A stretch of DNA of 64,000 nt from Balanoglossus misakiensis (Eukaryota > Animalia > Hemichordata): contig CM082586.2 of the NCBI GenBank assembly GCA_040954595.2, positions 10,199,337-10,263,336 of the forward strand. The letters run 5' to 3'. A model generated the notes under the pieces. It was not told the origin of the DNA. It searched no databases and worked only from the letters and a program-made list of their open reading frames with translations. The position numbers and the translations under genes were made by a program. Within the stretch, counting starts at the first letter, position 1; every line of letters begins with the position of its first letter. Shown here in pieces: positions 6,680 to 22,600 of the stretch.

Positions 6680-9600
6680 AAACGAGGCTGTTTGGAAGCA
6701 ACCATGGAAATTTTACAACTATCCGTCGATCTACAGAGTCTAGTGGAAAACGTTATTATGCGCATAGGCCTATATATGTGTTCTGCGCATCACAACAGAA
6801 TTTTGTAAACAAACGAGGCTGTGTTTGGAAGCAACCATGGAAATTTTAGAACTATCTCTCGATCTACAGAGTCTAGTGGAAAACTTTATTATGCACATAT
6901 GCCTATCTATGTGTTCTGCGCATCACAACAGAAATCGGTAAATAAACGAGGCTGTTTGGAAGCAACCATGGAAATTTTACAACTATCCGTCGATCTACAG
7001 AGTCTGGTGGAAAACTTTCTTATGCGCATAGGCCTATTACGTGCTCTGCGCCTCACAACAGAATTCGGTAAATAAACGAGGCTGTTTGGAAGCAACCATG
7101 GAAATTTTAGAACTATCCGTCGATCTACAGAGTCTAGTGGAAAAATGTCTTATGCGCATAGGCCTATCATGTGTTCTGTGCCTCACAACAGAAATCGGTA
7201 AATAAACGAGGCTGTTTGGAAGCAACCATGGAAATTGTACAACTATCCGTCGATCTACAGAGTCTAGTGGAAAACGTTCTTATGCGCATAGGCCTATCTA
7301 TGTGTTATGCGCATCACAACAGAAATCGGTAAATAAACGAGGCTGTATTTGGAAGCAACCATGGACATTGTACAACTATCCGTCGATCTACAGAGTCTAG
7401 TGGAAAACGTTCTTATGCGCATAGGCCTATCTATGTGTTATGCGCATCACAACAGAAATCGGTAAATAAACGAGGCTGTATTTGGAAGCAACCATGAAAT
7501 TTTACAACTATCCGTCGATCTACAGAGTCTGGTGGAAAACTTCCTTATGCGCATATACCTATTACGTGTTCTGCGCCTCACAACAGAATTCGGTAAATAA
7601 ACGAGGCTGTTTGGAAGCAACCATGGACATTGTACAACTATCCGTCGATCTACAAAGTCTAGTGGAAAACGTTCTTATGCGCATAGGCCTATCTATGTGT
7701 TATGCGCATCACAACAGAAATCGCTAAATAAACGAGGCTGTATTTGGAAGCAACCATGAAATTTTACAACTATCCGTCGATCTACAGAGTCTAGTGGAAA
7801 AATGTTTCATGCGCATAGGCCTATCATGTGTTCTGCGCCTCACAACAGAAATCGGTAAATAAACGAGGCTGTTTGGAAGCAACCATGGAAATTTTACAGC
7901 TATCCGTCGATCTACATAGTCTAGTGGAAACGTTCTTATGCGCATAGGCCTATATATGTGTTCTGCGCATCACAACAGAATTTTGTAAACAAACGAGGCT
8001 GTGTTTGGTAGCAACCATGGACATTTTAGAACTATCTCTCGATCTACAGAGTCTATAGTGGAAAACTTTCTTATGCACATATGCCTATCTATGTGTTCTG
8101 CGCCTCACAACAGAATTCGGTAAATAAACGAGGCTGTTTGGAAATTTTACAACTATCCGTCGATCTACAGAGTCTAGTGGAAAACGTTATTATGCGCATA
8201 GGCCTATATATGTGTTCTGCGCATCACAACAGAATTTTGTAAACAAACGAGGCTGTGTTTGGAAGCAACCATGGACATTTTAGAACTATCTCTCGATCTA
8301 CAGAGTCTATAGTGGAAAACTTTCTTATGCACATATGCCTATCTATGTGTTCTGCGCCTCACAACAGAATTCGGTAAATAAACGAGGCTGTTTGGAAGCA
8401 ACCATGGAAATTTTACAACTATCCGTCGATCTACAGAGTCTAGTGGAAAACGTTATTATGCGCATAGGCCTATATATGTGTTCTGCGCATCACAACAGAA
8501 TTTTGTAAACAAACGAGGCTGTGTTTGGAAGCAACCATGGAAATTTTAGAACTATCTCTCGATCTACAGAGTCTAGTGGAAAACTTTATTATGCACATAT
8601 GCCTATCTATGTGTTCTGCGCATCACAACAGAAATCGGTAAATAAACGAGGCTGTTTGGAAGCAACCATGGAAATTTTACAACTATCCGTCGATCTACAG
8701 AGTCTGGTGGAAAACTTTCTTATGCGCATAGGCCTATTACGTGCTCTGCGCCTCACAACAGAATTCGGTAAATAAACGAGGCTGTTTGGAAGCAACCATG
8801 GAAATTTTAGAACTATCCGTCGATCTACAGAGTCTAGTGGAAAAATGTCTTATGCGCATAGGCCTATCATGTGTTCTGTGCCTCACAACAGAAATCGGTA
8901 AATAAACGAGGCTGTTTGGAAGCAACCATGGAAATTGTACAACTATCCGTCGATCTACAGAGTCTAGTGGAAAACGTTCTTATGCGCATAGGCCTATCTA
9001 TGTGTTATGCGCATCACAACAGAAATCGGTAAATAAACGAGGCTGTATTTGGAAGCAACCATGGACATTGTACAACTATCCGTCGATCTACAGAGTCTAG
9101 TGGAAAACGTTCTTATGCGCATAGGCCTATCTATGTGTTATGCGCATCACAACAGAAATCGGTAAATAAACGAGGCTGTATTTGGAAGCAACCATGAAAT
9201 TTTACAACTATCCGTCGATCTACAGAGTCTGGTGGAAAACTTCCTTATGCGCATATACCTATTACGTGTTCTGCGCCTCACAACAGAATTCGGTAAATAA
9301 ACGAGGCTGTTTGGAAGCAACCATGGACATTGTACAACTATCCGTCGATCTACAAAGTCTAGTGGAAAACGTTCTTATGCGCATAGGCCTATCTATGTGT
9401 TATGCGCATCACAACAGAAATCGCTAAATAAACGAGGCTGTATTTGGAAGCAACCATGAAATTTTACAACTATCCGTCGATCTACAGAGTCTAGTGGAAA
9501 AATGTTTCATGCGCATAGGCCTATCATGTGTTCTGCGCCTCACAACAGAAATCGGTAAATAAACGAGGCTGTTTGGAAGCAACCATGGAAATTTTACAGC

Positions 9601-10381
9601 TATCCGTCGATCTACATAGTCTAGTGGAAACGTTCTTATGCGCATAGGCCTATATATGTGTTCTGCGCATCACAACAGAATTTTGTAAACAAACGAGGCT
9701 GTGTTTGGTAGCAACCATGGACATTTTAGAACTATCTCTCGATCTACAGAGTCTATAGTGGAAAACTTTCTTATGCACATATGCCTATCTATGTGTTCTG
9801 CGCCTCACAACAGAATTCGGTAAATAAACGAGGCTGTTTGGAAATTTTACAACTATCCGTCGATCTACAGAGTCTAGTGGAAAACGTTATTATGCGCATA
9901 GGCCTATATATGTGTTCTGCGCATCACAACAGAATTTTGTAAACAAACGAGGCTGTGTTTGGAAGCAACCATGGACATTTTAGAACTATCTCTCGATCTA
10001 CAGAGTCTATAGTGGAAAACTTTCTTATGCACATATGCCTATCTATGTGTTCTGCGCCTCACAACAGAATTCGGTAAATAAACGAGGCTGTTTGGAAGCA
10101 ACCATGGAAATTTTACAACTATCCGTCGATCTACAGAGTCTAGTGGAAAACGTTATTATGCGCATAGGCCTATATATGTGTTCTGCGCATCACAACAGAA
10201 TTTTGTAAACAAACGAGGCTGTGTTTGGAAGCAACCATGGAAATTTTAGAACTATCTCTCGATCTACAGAGTCTAGTGGAAAACTTTATTATGCACATAT
10301 GCCTATCTATGTGTTCTGCGCATCACAACAGAAATCGGTAAATAAACGAGGCTGTTTGGAAGCAACCATGGAAATTTTACA
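6680..10381. repeat. 1700 bp (13-monomer) higher-order tandem duplication, ~2.2 copies
   Basis: The ORF track recurs at 6821/8521/10221 and 7482/9182. A private 12 bp deletion is shared at ~8140 and ~9840. Confidence 0.9.
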
Positions 10382-13300
10382 GCTATCCGTCGATCTACAG
10401 AGTCTAGTGGAAACGTTCTTATGCGCATAGGCCTATATATGTGTTCTGCGCCTCACAACAGAATTTTGTAAACAAACGAGGCTGTGTTTGGTAGCAACCA
10501 TGGACATTTTAGAACTATCTCTCGATCTACAGAGTCTATAGTGGAAAACTTTCTTATGCACATATGCCTATCTATGTGTTCTGCGCCTCACAACAGAATT
10601 CGGTAAATAAACGAGGCTGTTTGGAAGCAACCATGGAAATTTTACAACTATCCGTCGATCTACAGAGTCTAGTGGAAAACGTTATTATGCGCATAGGCCT
10701 ATATATGTGTTCTGCGCATCACAACAGAATTTTGTAAACAAACGAGGCTTTGTTTGGAAGCAACAATGGAAATTTTAGAACTATCTCTCGATCTACTGAG
10801 TATAGTGGAAAACGTTCATATGCGCATAGGCCTATCATGTGTTATGCACATCACAACATAATTTTGTAAACAAACGAGGCTTTGTTTGGAAGCAACCGTG
10901 GAAATTTTAGAACTATCTCTCGATCTACAGAGTATAGTGGAAAACGTTCATATGCGCATAGGCCTATCATGTGTTATGCACATCACAACATAATTTTGTA
11001 AACAAACGAGGCTTTGTTTGGAAGCAACCATGGAAATTTTAGAACTATCTCTCGATCTACAGAGTATAGTGGAAAACGTTCATATGCGCATATGCTATCA
11101 TGTGTTATGCACATCACAACATAATTTTGTAAACAAACGAGGCTTTGTCTGGAAGCAACATTGGAAATTTTAGAACTATCTGTCGATCTACGGAGTATAG
11201 TGGAAAACGTTCATATGCGCATAGGCCTATATATGTGTTCTGCGCATCACAACAGAATTTTGTAAATGAACGAGGCTGTGTTTGGAAACAACCATGGAAA
11301 TTTTAGAACTATCTCTCGATCTAAAGTTGAAAAGTTTCTTATGCGCATAGGCCTATTACGTGTTCTGCGCCTCACAACAGAATTCGGTAAATAAACGAGG
11401 CTGTTTGGAAGCAACAATGGAAATTTTAGAACTATCCGTCGATCTACGGAGTATAGTGGAAAACGTTCATATGCGCATAGGCCTATATATGTGTTCTGCG
11501 CATCACAACAGAATTTTGTAAACAATCGAGGATGTGTTTGGAAGCAATCATGGAAATTTTAGAACTATCCGTCGATCTACAGAGTCTAGTGGGAAACTTT
11601 CTTATGCGCATAGGCATATGTATGTGTTCAGCGCATCACAACAGAATTTTGTAAATGAACGAGGCTGTGTTTGGAAACAACCATGGAAATTTTAGAACTA
11701 TCTCTCGATCTACAGAGTCTAGTGGAAAACTTTATTATGCACATAGGCCTATCTATGTATTATGCGCATCACAACAGAAATCGGTAAATAAACGAGGCTG
11801 TATTTGGAAGCAACCATGTAAATTTTACAACTATCCGTCGATCTACAGAGTCTGGTGGAAAACTTTCTTATGCGCATAGGCCTATTACGTGTTCTGCGCC
11901 TCACAACAGAAATCGGTAAATAAACGAGGCTGTTTGGAAGCAACCATGTAAATTTTAGAACTATCCGTCGATCTACAGAGTCTAGTGGAAAAACGTTCAT
12001 GTGCGCATAGGCCTATCATGTGTTATGCACATCACAACAGAATTTTGTAAACAAACGAGGCTTTGTTTGGAAGCAACAATGGAAATTTTAGAACTATCTG
12101 TCGATCTACGGAGTATAGTGGAAAACATTCATATGCGCATAGGCCTATATATGTGTTCTGCGCATCACAACAGAATTTTGTAAACAATCGAGGATGTGTT
12201 TGGAAGCAATCATGGAAATTTTAGAACTATCCGTCGATCTACAGAGTCTAGTGGGAAACTTTCTTATGCGCATAGGCATATGTATGTGTTCTGCGCATCA
12301 CAACAGAAATCGGTAAATAAACGAGGCTGTTTGGAAGCAACCATGGAAATTTTACAACTATCCGTCGATCTACAGAGTCTGGTGGAAAACTTTCTTATGC
12401 GCATAGGCCTATTACGTGCTCTGCGCCTCACAACAGAATTCGGTAAATAAACGAGGCTGTTTGGAAGCAACCATGGAACTTTTAGAACTATCCGTCGATC
12501 TACAGAGTCTAGTGGAAAAATGTCTTATGCGCATAGGCCTATCATGTGTTCTGTGCCTCACAACAGAAATCGGTAAATAAACGAGGCTGTTTGGAAGCAA
12601 CCATGGAAATTGTACAACTATCCGTCGATCTACAGAGTCTAGTGGAAAACGTTCTTATGCGCATAGGCCTATCTATGTGTTATGCGCATCACAACAGAAA
12701 TCGGTAAATAAACGAGGCTGTATTTGGAAGCAACCATGAAATTTTACAACTATCCGTCGATCTACAGAGTCTGGTGGAAAACTTCCTTATGCGCATAGAC
12801 CTATTACGTGTTCTGCGCCTCACAACAGAATTCGGTAAATAAACGAGGCTGTTTGGAAGCAACCATGGACATTGTTCAACTATCCGTCGATCTACAAAGT
12901 CTAGTGGAAAACGTTCTTATGCGCATAGGCCTATCTATGTGTTATGCGCATCACAACAGAAATCGCTAAATAAACGAGGCTGTATTTGGAAGCAACCATG
13001 AAATTTTACAACTATCCGTCGATCTACAGAGTCTAGTGGAAAAATGTCTCATGCGCATAGGCCTATCATGTGTTCTGCGCCTCACAACAGAATTCGGTAA
13101 ATAAACGAGGCTGTTTGGAAGCAACCATGGAAATTTTACAACTATCCGTCGATCTACAGAGTCTAGTGGAAAACGTTATTATGCGCATAGGCCTATATAT
13201 GTGTTCTGCGCATCACAACAGAATTTTGTAAACAAACGAGGCTGTGTTTGGAAGCAACCATGGACATTTTAGAACTAACTCTCGATCTACAGAGTCTATA

Positions 13301-16300
13301 GTGGAAAACTTTCTTATGCACATATGCCTATCTATGTGTTCTGCGCCTCACAACAGAATTCGGTAAATAAACGAGGCTGTTTGGAAGCAACCATGGAAAT
13401 TTTACAACTATCCGTCGATCTACAGAGTCTAGTGGAAAACGTTATTATGCGCATAGGCCTATATATGTGTTCTGCGCATCACAACAGAATTTTGTAAACA
13501 AACGAGGCTGTGTTTGGAAGCAACCATGGAAATTTTAGAACTATCTCTCGATCTACAGAGTCTAGTGGAAAACTTTATTATGCACATATGCCTATCTATG
13601 TGTTCTGCGCATCACAACAGAAATCGGTAAATAAACGAGGCTGTTTGGAAGCAACCATGGAAATTTTACAACTATCCGTCGATCTACAGAGTCTGGTGGA
13701 AAACTTTCTAATGCGCATAGGCCTATTACGTGCTCTGCGCCTCACAACAGAATTCGGTAAATAAACGAGGCTGTTTGGAAGCAACCATGGAAATTTTAGA
13801 ACTATCCGTCGATCTACAGAGTCTAGTGGAAAAATGTCTTATGCGCATAGGCCTATCATGTGTTCTGTGCCTCACAACAGAAATCGGTAAATAAACGAGG
13901 CTGTTTGGAAGCAACCATGGAAATTGTACAACTATCCGTCGATCTACAGAGTCTGGTGGAAAACTTCCTTATGCGCATAGGCCTATCTATGTGTTATGCG
14001 CATCACAACAGAAATCGGTAAATAAACGAGGCTGTATTTGGAAGCAACCATGAAATTTTACAACTATCCGTCGATCTACAGAGTCTGGTGGAAAACTTCC
14101 TTATGCGCATAGACCTATTACGTGTTCTGCGCCTCACAACAGAATTCGGTAAATAAACGAGGCTGTTTGGAAGCAACCATGGACATTGTACAACTATCCG
14201 TCGATCTACAAAGTCTAGTGGAAAACGTTCTTATGCGCATAGGCCTATCTATGTGTTATGCGCATCACAACAGAAATCGCTAAATAAACGAGGCTGTATT
14301 TGGAAGCAACCATGAAATTTTACAACTATCCGTCGATCTACAGAGTCTAGTGGAAAAATGTCTCATGCGCATAGGCCTATCATGTGTTCTGCGCCTCACA
14401 ACAGAAATCGGTAAATAAACGAGGCTGTTTGGAAGCAACCATGGAAATTTTACAGCTATCTGTCGATCTACAGAGTCTAGTGGAAACGTTCTTATGCGCA
14501 TAGGCCTATATATGTGTTCTGCGCATCACAACAGAATTTTGTAAACAAACGAGGCTGTGTTTGGTAGCAACCATGGACATTTTAGAACTATCTCTCGATC
14601 TACAGAGTCTATAGTGGAAAACTTTCTTATGCACATATGCCTATCTATGTGTTCTGCGCCTCACAACAGAATTCGGTAAATAAACGAGGCTGTGTTTGGA
14701 AACAACCATGGAAATTTTAGAACTATCTCTCGATCTACAGAGTCTAGTGGAAAACTTTATTATGCACATAGGCCTATCTATGTATTATGCGCATCACAAC
14801 AGAAATCGGTAAATAAACGAGGCTGTATTTGGAAGCAACCATGTAAATTTTACAACTATCCGTCGATCTACAGAGTCTGGTGGAAAACTTTCTTATGCGC
14901 ATAGGCCTATTACGTGTTCTGCGCCTCACAACAGAAATCGGTAAATAAACGAGGCTGTTTGGAAGCAACCATGTAAATTTTAGAACTATCCGTCGATCTA
15001 CAGAGTCTAGTGGAAAAACGTTCATGTGCGCATAGGCCTATCATGTGTTATGCACATCACAACAGAATTTTGTAAACAAACGAGGCTTTGTTTGGAAGCA
15101 ACAATGGAAATTTTAGAACTATCTGTCGATCTACGGAGTATAGTGGAAAACATTCATATGCGCATAGGCCTATATATGTGTTCTGCGCATCACAACAGAA
15201 TTTTGTAAACAATCGAGGATGTGTTTGGAAGCAATCATGGAAATTTTAGAACTATCCGTCGATCTACAGAGTCTAGTGGGAAACTTTCTTATGCGCATAG
15301 GCATATGTATGTGTTCTGCGCATCACAACAGAAATCGGTAAATAAACGAGGCTGTTTGGAAGCAACCATGGAAATTTTACAACTATCCGTCGATCTACAG
15401 AGTCTGGTGGAAAACTTTCTTATGCGCATAGGCCTATTACGTGCTCTGCGCCTCACAACAGAATTCGGTAAATAAACGAGGCTGTTTGGAAGCAACCATG
15501 GAACTTTTAGAACTATCCGTCGATCTACAGAGTCTAGTGGAAAAATGTCTTATGCGCATAGGCCTATCATGTGTTCTGTGCCTCACAACAGAAATCGGTA
15601 AATAAACGAGGCTGTTTGGAAGCAACCATGGAAATTGTACAACTATCCGTCGATCTACAGAGTCTAGTGGAAAACGTTCTTATGCGCATAGGCCTATCTA
15701 TGTGTTATGCGCATCACAACAGAAATCGGTAAATAAACGAGGCTGTATTTGGAAGCAACCATGAAATTTTACAACTATCCGTCGATCTACAGAGTCTGGT
15801 GGAAAACTTCCTTATGCGCATAGACCTATTACGTGTTCTGCGCCTCACAACAGAATTCGGTAAATAAACGAGGCTGTTTGGAAGCAACCATGGACATTGT
15901 ACAACTATCCGTCGATCTACAAAGTCTAGTGGAAAACGTTCTTATGCGCATAGGCCTATCTATGTGTTATGCGCATCACAACAGAAATCGCTAAATAAAC
16001 GAGGCTGTATTTGGAAGCAACCATGAAATTTTACAACTATCCGTCGATCTACAGAGTCTAGTGGAAAAATGTCTCATGCGCATAGGCCTATCATGTGTTC
16101 TGCGCCTCACAACAGAATTCGGTAAATAAACGAGGCTGTTTGGAAGCAACCATGGAAATTTTACAACTATCCGTCGATCTACAGAGTCTAGTGGAAAACG
16201 TTATTATGCGCATAGGCCTATATATGTGTTCTGCGCATCACAACAGAATTTTGTAAACAAACGAGGCTGTGTTTGGAAGCAACCATGGACATTTTAAAAC

Positions 16301-16699
16301 TAACTCTCGATCTACAGAGTCTATAGTGGAAAACTTTCTTATGCACATATGCCTATCTATGTGTTCTGCGCCTCACAACAGAATTCGGTAAATAAACGAG
16401 GCTGTTTGGAAGCAACCATGGAAATTTTACAACTATCCGTCGATCTACAGAGTCTAGTGGAAAACGTTATTATGCGCATAGGCCTATATATGTGTTCTGC
16501 GCATCACAACAGAATTTTGTAAACAAACGAGGCTGTGTTTGGAAGCAACCATGGACATTGTACAACTATCCGTCGATCTACAAAGTCTAGTGGAAAACGT
16601 TCTTATGCGCATAGGCCTATCTATGTGTTATGCGCATCACAACAGAAATCGCTAAATAAACGAGGCTGTATTTGGAAGCAACCATGAAATTTTACAACT

Positions 16700-19600
16700 A
16701 TCCGTCGATCTACAGAGTCTAGTGGAAAACGTTATTATGCGCATAGGCCTATATATGTGTTCTGCGCATCACAACAGAATTTTGTAAACAAACGAGGCTG
16801 TGTTTGGAAGCAACCATGGACATTTTAAAACTAACTCTCGATCTACAGAGTCTATAGTGGAAAACTTTCTTATGCACATATGCCTATCTATGTGTTCTGC
16901 GCCTCACAACAGAATTCGGTAAATAAACGAGGCTGTTTGGAAGCAACCATGGAAATTTTACAACTATCCGTCGATCTACAGAGTCTAGTGGAAAACGTTA
17001 TTATGCGCATAGGCCTATATATGTGTTCTGCGCATCACAACAGAATTTTGTAAACAAACGAGGCTGTGTTTGGAAGCAACCATGGAAATTTTAGAACTAT
17101 CTCTCGATCTACAGAGTCTAGTGGAAAACTTTATTATGCACATATGCCTATCTATGTGTTCTGCGCATCACAACAGAAATCGATAAATAAACGAGGCTGT
17201 TTGGAAGCAACCATGGAAATTTTACAACTATCCGTCGATCTACAGAGTCTGGTGGAAAACTTTCTTATGCGCATAGGCCTATTACGTGCTCTGCGCCTCA
17301 CAACAGAATTCGGTAAATAAACGAGGCTGTTTGGAAGCAACCATGGACATTTTAGAACTATCCGTCGATCTACAGAGTCTAGTGGAAAAATGTCTTATGC
17401 GCATAGGCCTATCATGTGTTCTGTGCCTCACAACAGAAATCGGTAAATAAACGAGGCTGTTTGGAAGCAACCATGGAAATTGTACAACTATCCGTCGATC
17501 TACAGAGTCTGGTGGAAAACTTCCTTATGCGCATAGGCCTATCTATGTGTTATGCGCATCACAACAGAAATCGGTAAATAAACGAGGCTGTATTTGGAAG
17601 CAACCATGAAATTTTACAACTATCCGTCGATCTACAGAGTCTGGTGGAAAACTTCCTTATGCGCATAGACCTATTACGTGTTCTGCGCCTCACAACAGAA
17701 TTCGGTAAATAAACGAGGCTGTTTGGAAGCAACCATGGACATTGTACAACTATCCGTCGATCTACAAAGTCTAGTGGAAAACGTTCTTATGCGCATAGGC
17801 CTATCTATGTGTTATGCGCATCACAACAGAAATCGCTAAATAAACGAGGCTGTATTTGGAAGCAACCATGAAATTTTACAACTATCCGTCGATCTACAGA
17901 GTCTAGTGGAAAAATGTCTCATGCGCATAGGCCTATCATGTGTTCTGCGCCTCACAACAGAAATCGGTAAATAAACGAGGCTGTTTGGAAGCAACCATGG
18001 AAATTTTACAGCTATCCGTCGATCTACAGAGTCTAGTGGAAACGTTCTTATGCGCATAGGCCTATATATGTGTTCTGCGCATCACAACAGAATTTTGTAA
18101 ACAAACGAGGCTGTGTTTGGTAGCAACCATGGACATTTTAGAACTATCTCTCGATCTACAGAGTCTATAGTGGAAAACTTTCTTATGCACATATGCCTAT
18201 CTATGTGTTCTGCGCCTCACAACAGAATTCGGTAAATAAACGAGGCTGTTTGGAAGCAACCATGGAAATTTTACAACTATCCGTCGATCTACAGAGTCTA
18301 GTGGAAAACGTTATTATGCGCATAGGCCTATATATGTGTTCTGCGCATCACAACAGAATTTTGTAAACAAACGAGGCTGTGTTTGGAAGCAACCATGGAC
18401 ATTTTAGAACTATCTCTCGATCTACAGAGTCTATAGTGGAAAACTTTCTTATGCACATATGCCTATCTATGTGTTCTGCGCCTCACAACAGAATTCGGTA
18501 AATAAACGAGGCTGTTTGGAAGCAACCATGGAAATTTTACAACTATCCGTCGATCTACAGAGTCTAGTGGAAAACGTTATTATGCGCATAGGCCTATCTA
18601 TGTGTTATGCGCATCACAACAGAAATCGGTAAATAAACGAGGCTGTATTTGGAAGCAACCATGAAATTTTACAACTATCCGTCGATCTACAGAGTCTGGT
18701 GGAAAACTTCCTTATGCGCATAGACCTATTACGTGTTCTGCGCCTCACAACAGAATTCGGTAAATAAACGAGGCTGTTTGGAAGCAACCATGGACATTGT
18801 ACAACTATCCGTCGATCTACACAGTCTAGTGGAAAACGTTCTTATGCGCATAGGCCTATCTATGTGTTATGCGCATCACAACAGAAATCGCTAAATAAAC
18901 GAGGCTGTATTTGGAAGCAACCATGAAATTTTACAACTATCCGTCGATCTACAGAGTCTAGTGGAAAAATGTCTCATGCGCATAGGCCTATCATGTGTTC
19001 TGCGCCTCACAACAGAAATCGGTAAATAAACGAGGCTGTTTGGAAGCAACCATGGAAATTTTACAGCTATCCGTCGATCTACAGAGTCTAGTGGAAACGT
19101 TCTTATGCGCATAGGCCTATATATGTGTTCTGCGCATCACAACAGAATTTTGTAAACAAACGAGGCTGTGTTTGGTAGCAACCATGGACATTTTAGAACT
19201 ATCTCTCGATCTACAGAGTCTATAGTGGAAAACTTTCTTATGCACATATGCCTATCTATGTGTTCTGCGCCTCACAACAGAATTCGGTAAATAAACGAGG
19301 CTGTTTGGAAGCAACCATGGAAATTTTACAACTATCCGTCGATCTACAGAGTCTAGTGGAAAACGTTATTATGCGCATAGGCCTATATATGTGTTCTGCG
19401 CATCACAACAGAATTTTGTAAACAAACGAGGCTGTGTTTGGAAGCAACCATGGACATTTTAGAACTATCTCTCGATCTACAGAGTCTATAGTGGAAAACT
19501 TTCTTATGCACATATGCCTATCTATGTGTTCTGCGCCTCACAACAGAATTCGGTAAATAAACGAGGCTGTTTGGAAGCAACCATGGAAATTTTACAACTA

Positions 19601-22600
19601 TCCGTCGATCTACAGAGTCTAGTGGAAAACGTTATTATGCGCATAGGCCTATATATGTGTTCTGCGCATCACAACAGAATTTTGTAAACAAACGAGGCTG
19701 TGTTTGGAAGCAACCATGGAAATTTTAGAACTATCTCTCGATCTACAGAGTCTAGTGGAAAACTTTATTATGCACATATGCCTATCTATGTGTTCTGCGC
19801 ATCACAACAGAAATCGGTAAATAAACGAGGCTGTTTGGAAGCAACCATGGAAATTTTACAGCTATCCGTCGATCTACAGAGTCTAGTGGAAACGTTCTTA
19901 TGCGCATAGGCCTATATATGTGTTCTGCGCATCACAACAGAATTTTGTAAACAAACGAGGCTGTGTTTGGTAGCAACCATGGACATTTTAGAACTATCTC
20001 TCGATCTACAGAGTCTATAGTGGAAAACTTTCTTATGCACATATGCCTATCTATGTGTTCTGCGCCTCACAACAGAATTCGGTAAATAAACGAGGCTGTT
20101 TGGAAGCAACCATGGAAATTTTACAACTATCCGTCGATCTACAGAGTCTAGTGGAAAACGTTATTATGCGCATAGGCCTATATATGTGTTCTGCGCATCA
20201 CAACAGAATTTTGTAAACAAACGAGGCTGTGTTTGGAAGCAACCATGGAAATTTTAGAACTATCTCTCCATCTACAGAGTCTAGTGGAAAACTTTATTAT
20301 GCACATATGCCTATCTATGTGTTCTGCGCATCACAACAGAAATCGGTAAATAAACGAGGCTGTTTGGAAGCAACCATGGAAATTTTACAACTATCCGTCG
20401 ATCTACAGAGTCTGGTGGAAAACTTTCTTATGCGCATAGGCCTATTACGTGCTCTGCGCCTCACAACAGAATTCGGTAAATAAACGAGGCTGTTTGGAAG
20501 CAATCATGGAAATTTTAGAACTATCCGTCGATCTACAGAGTCTAGTGGGAAACTTTCTTATGCGCATAGGCATATGTATGTGTTCAGCGCATCACAACAG
20601 AATTTTATAAATGAACGAGGCTGTGTTTGGAAACAACCATGGAAATTTTACAACTATCCGTCGATCTACGGAGTCTGGTGGAAAACTTTCTTATGCGCAT
20701 AGGCCTATCATGTGTTCTGCGCCTCACAACAGAAATCGGTAAATAAACGAGGCTGTTTGGAAGCAACCATGGAAATTGTACAACTATCCGTCGATCTACA
20801 TAGTCTAGTGGAAAACGTTCTTATGCGCATAGGCCTATCTATGTGTTATGCGCATCACAACAGAAATCGGTAAATAAACGAGGCTGTATTTGGAAGCAAT
20901 CATGAAATTTTACAACTATCCGTCGATCTACAGAGTCTGGTGGAAAACTTCCTTATGCGCATAGACCTATTACGTGTTCTGCGCCTCACAACAGAATTCG
21001 GTAAATAAACGATGCTGTTTGGAAGCAACCATGGAAATTGTACAACTATCCGTCGATCTACAGAGTCTAGTGGAAAACGTTCTTATGCGCATAGGCCTAT
21101 CTATGTGTTATGCGCATCACAACAGAAATCGGTAAATAAACGAGGCTGTGTTTGGAAGCAACCATGGACATTTTAGAACTATCTCTCGATCTACAGAGTC
21201 TATAGTGGAAAACTTTCTTATGCACATATGCCTATCTATGTGTTCTGCGCCTCACAACAGAAATCGGTAAATAAACGAGGCTGTTTAAAAGCAACCATGG
21301 AAATTTTACAGCTATCCGTCGATCTACAGAGTCTAGTGGAAACGTTCTTATGCGCATAGGCCTATATATGTGTTCTGCGCATCACAACAGAATTTTGTGA
21401 ACAAACGAGGCTGTGTTTGGAAGCAACCATGGACATTTTAGAACTATCTCTCGATCTACAGAGTCTATAGTGGAAAACTTTCTTATGCACATATGCCTAT
21501 CTATGTGTTCTGCGCCTCACAACAGAAATCGGTAAATAAACGAGGCTGTATTTGGAAGCAACCATGTAAATTTTACAACTATCCGTCGATCTACAGAGTC
21601 TGGTGGAAAACTTTCTTATGCGCATAGGCCTATTACGTGTTCTGCGCCTCACAACAGAAATCGGTAAATAAACGAGGCTGTTTGGAAGCAACCATGTAAA
21701 TTTTAGAACTATCCGTCGATCTACAGAGTCTAGTGGAAAAACGTTCATGTGCGCATAGGCCTATCATGTGTTATGCACATCACAACAGAATTTTGTAAAC
21801 AAACGAGGCTTTGTTTGGAAGCAACAATGGAAATTTTAGAACTATCTGTCGATCTACGGAGTATAGTGGAAAACATTCATATGCGCATAGGCCTATATAT
21901 GTGTTCTGCGCATCACAACAGAATTTTGTAAACAATCGAGGATGTGTTTGGAAGCAATCATGGAAATTTTAGAACTATCCGTCGATCTACAGAGTCTAGT
22001 GGGAAACTTTCTTATGCGCATAGGCATATGTATGTGTTCTGCGCATCACAACAGAAATCGGTAAATAAACGAGGCTGTTTGGAAGCAACCATGGAAATTT
22101 TACAACTATCCGTCGATCTACAGAGTCTGGTGGAAAACTTTCTTATGCGCATAGGCCTATTACGTGCTCTGCGCCTCACAACAGAATTCGGTAAATAAAC
22201 GAGGCTGTTTGGAAGCAACCATGGAACTTTTAGAACTATCCGTCGATCTACAGAGTCTAGTGGAAAAATGTCTTATGCGCATAGGCCTATCATGTGTTCT
22301 GTGCCTCACAACAGAAATCGGTAAATAAACGAGGCTGTTTGGAAGCAACCATGGAAATTGTACAACTATCCGTCGATCTACAGAGTCTAGTGGAAAACGT
22401 TCTTATGCGCATAGGCCTATCTATGTGTTATGCGCATCACAACAGAAATCGGTAAATAAACGAGGCTGTATTTGGAAGCAACCATGAAATTTTACAACTA
22501 TCCGTCGATCTACAGAGTCTGGTGGAAAACTTCCTTATGCGCATAGACCTATTACGTGTTCTGCGCCTCACAACAGAATTCGGTAAATAAACGAGGCTGT

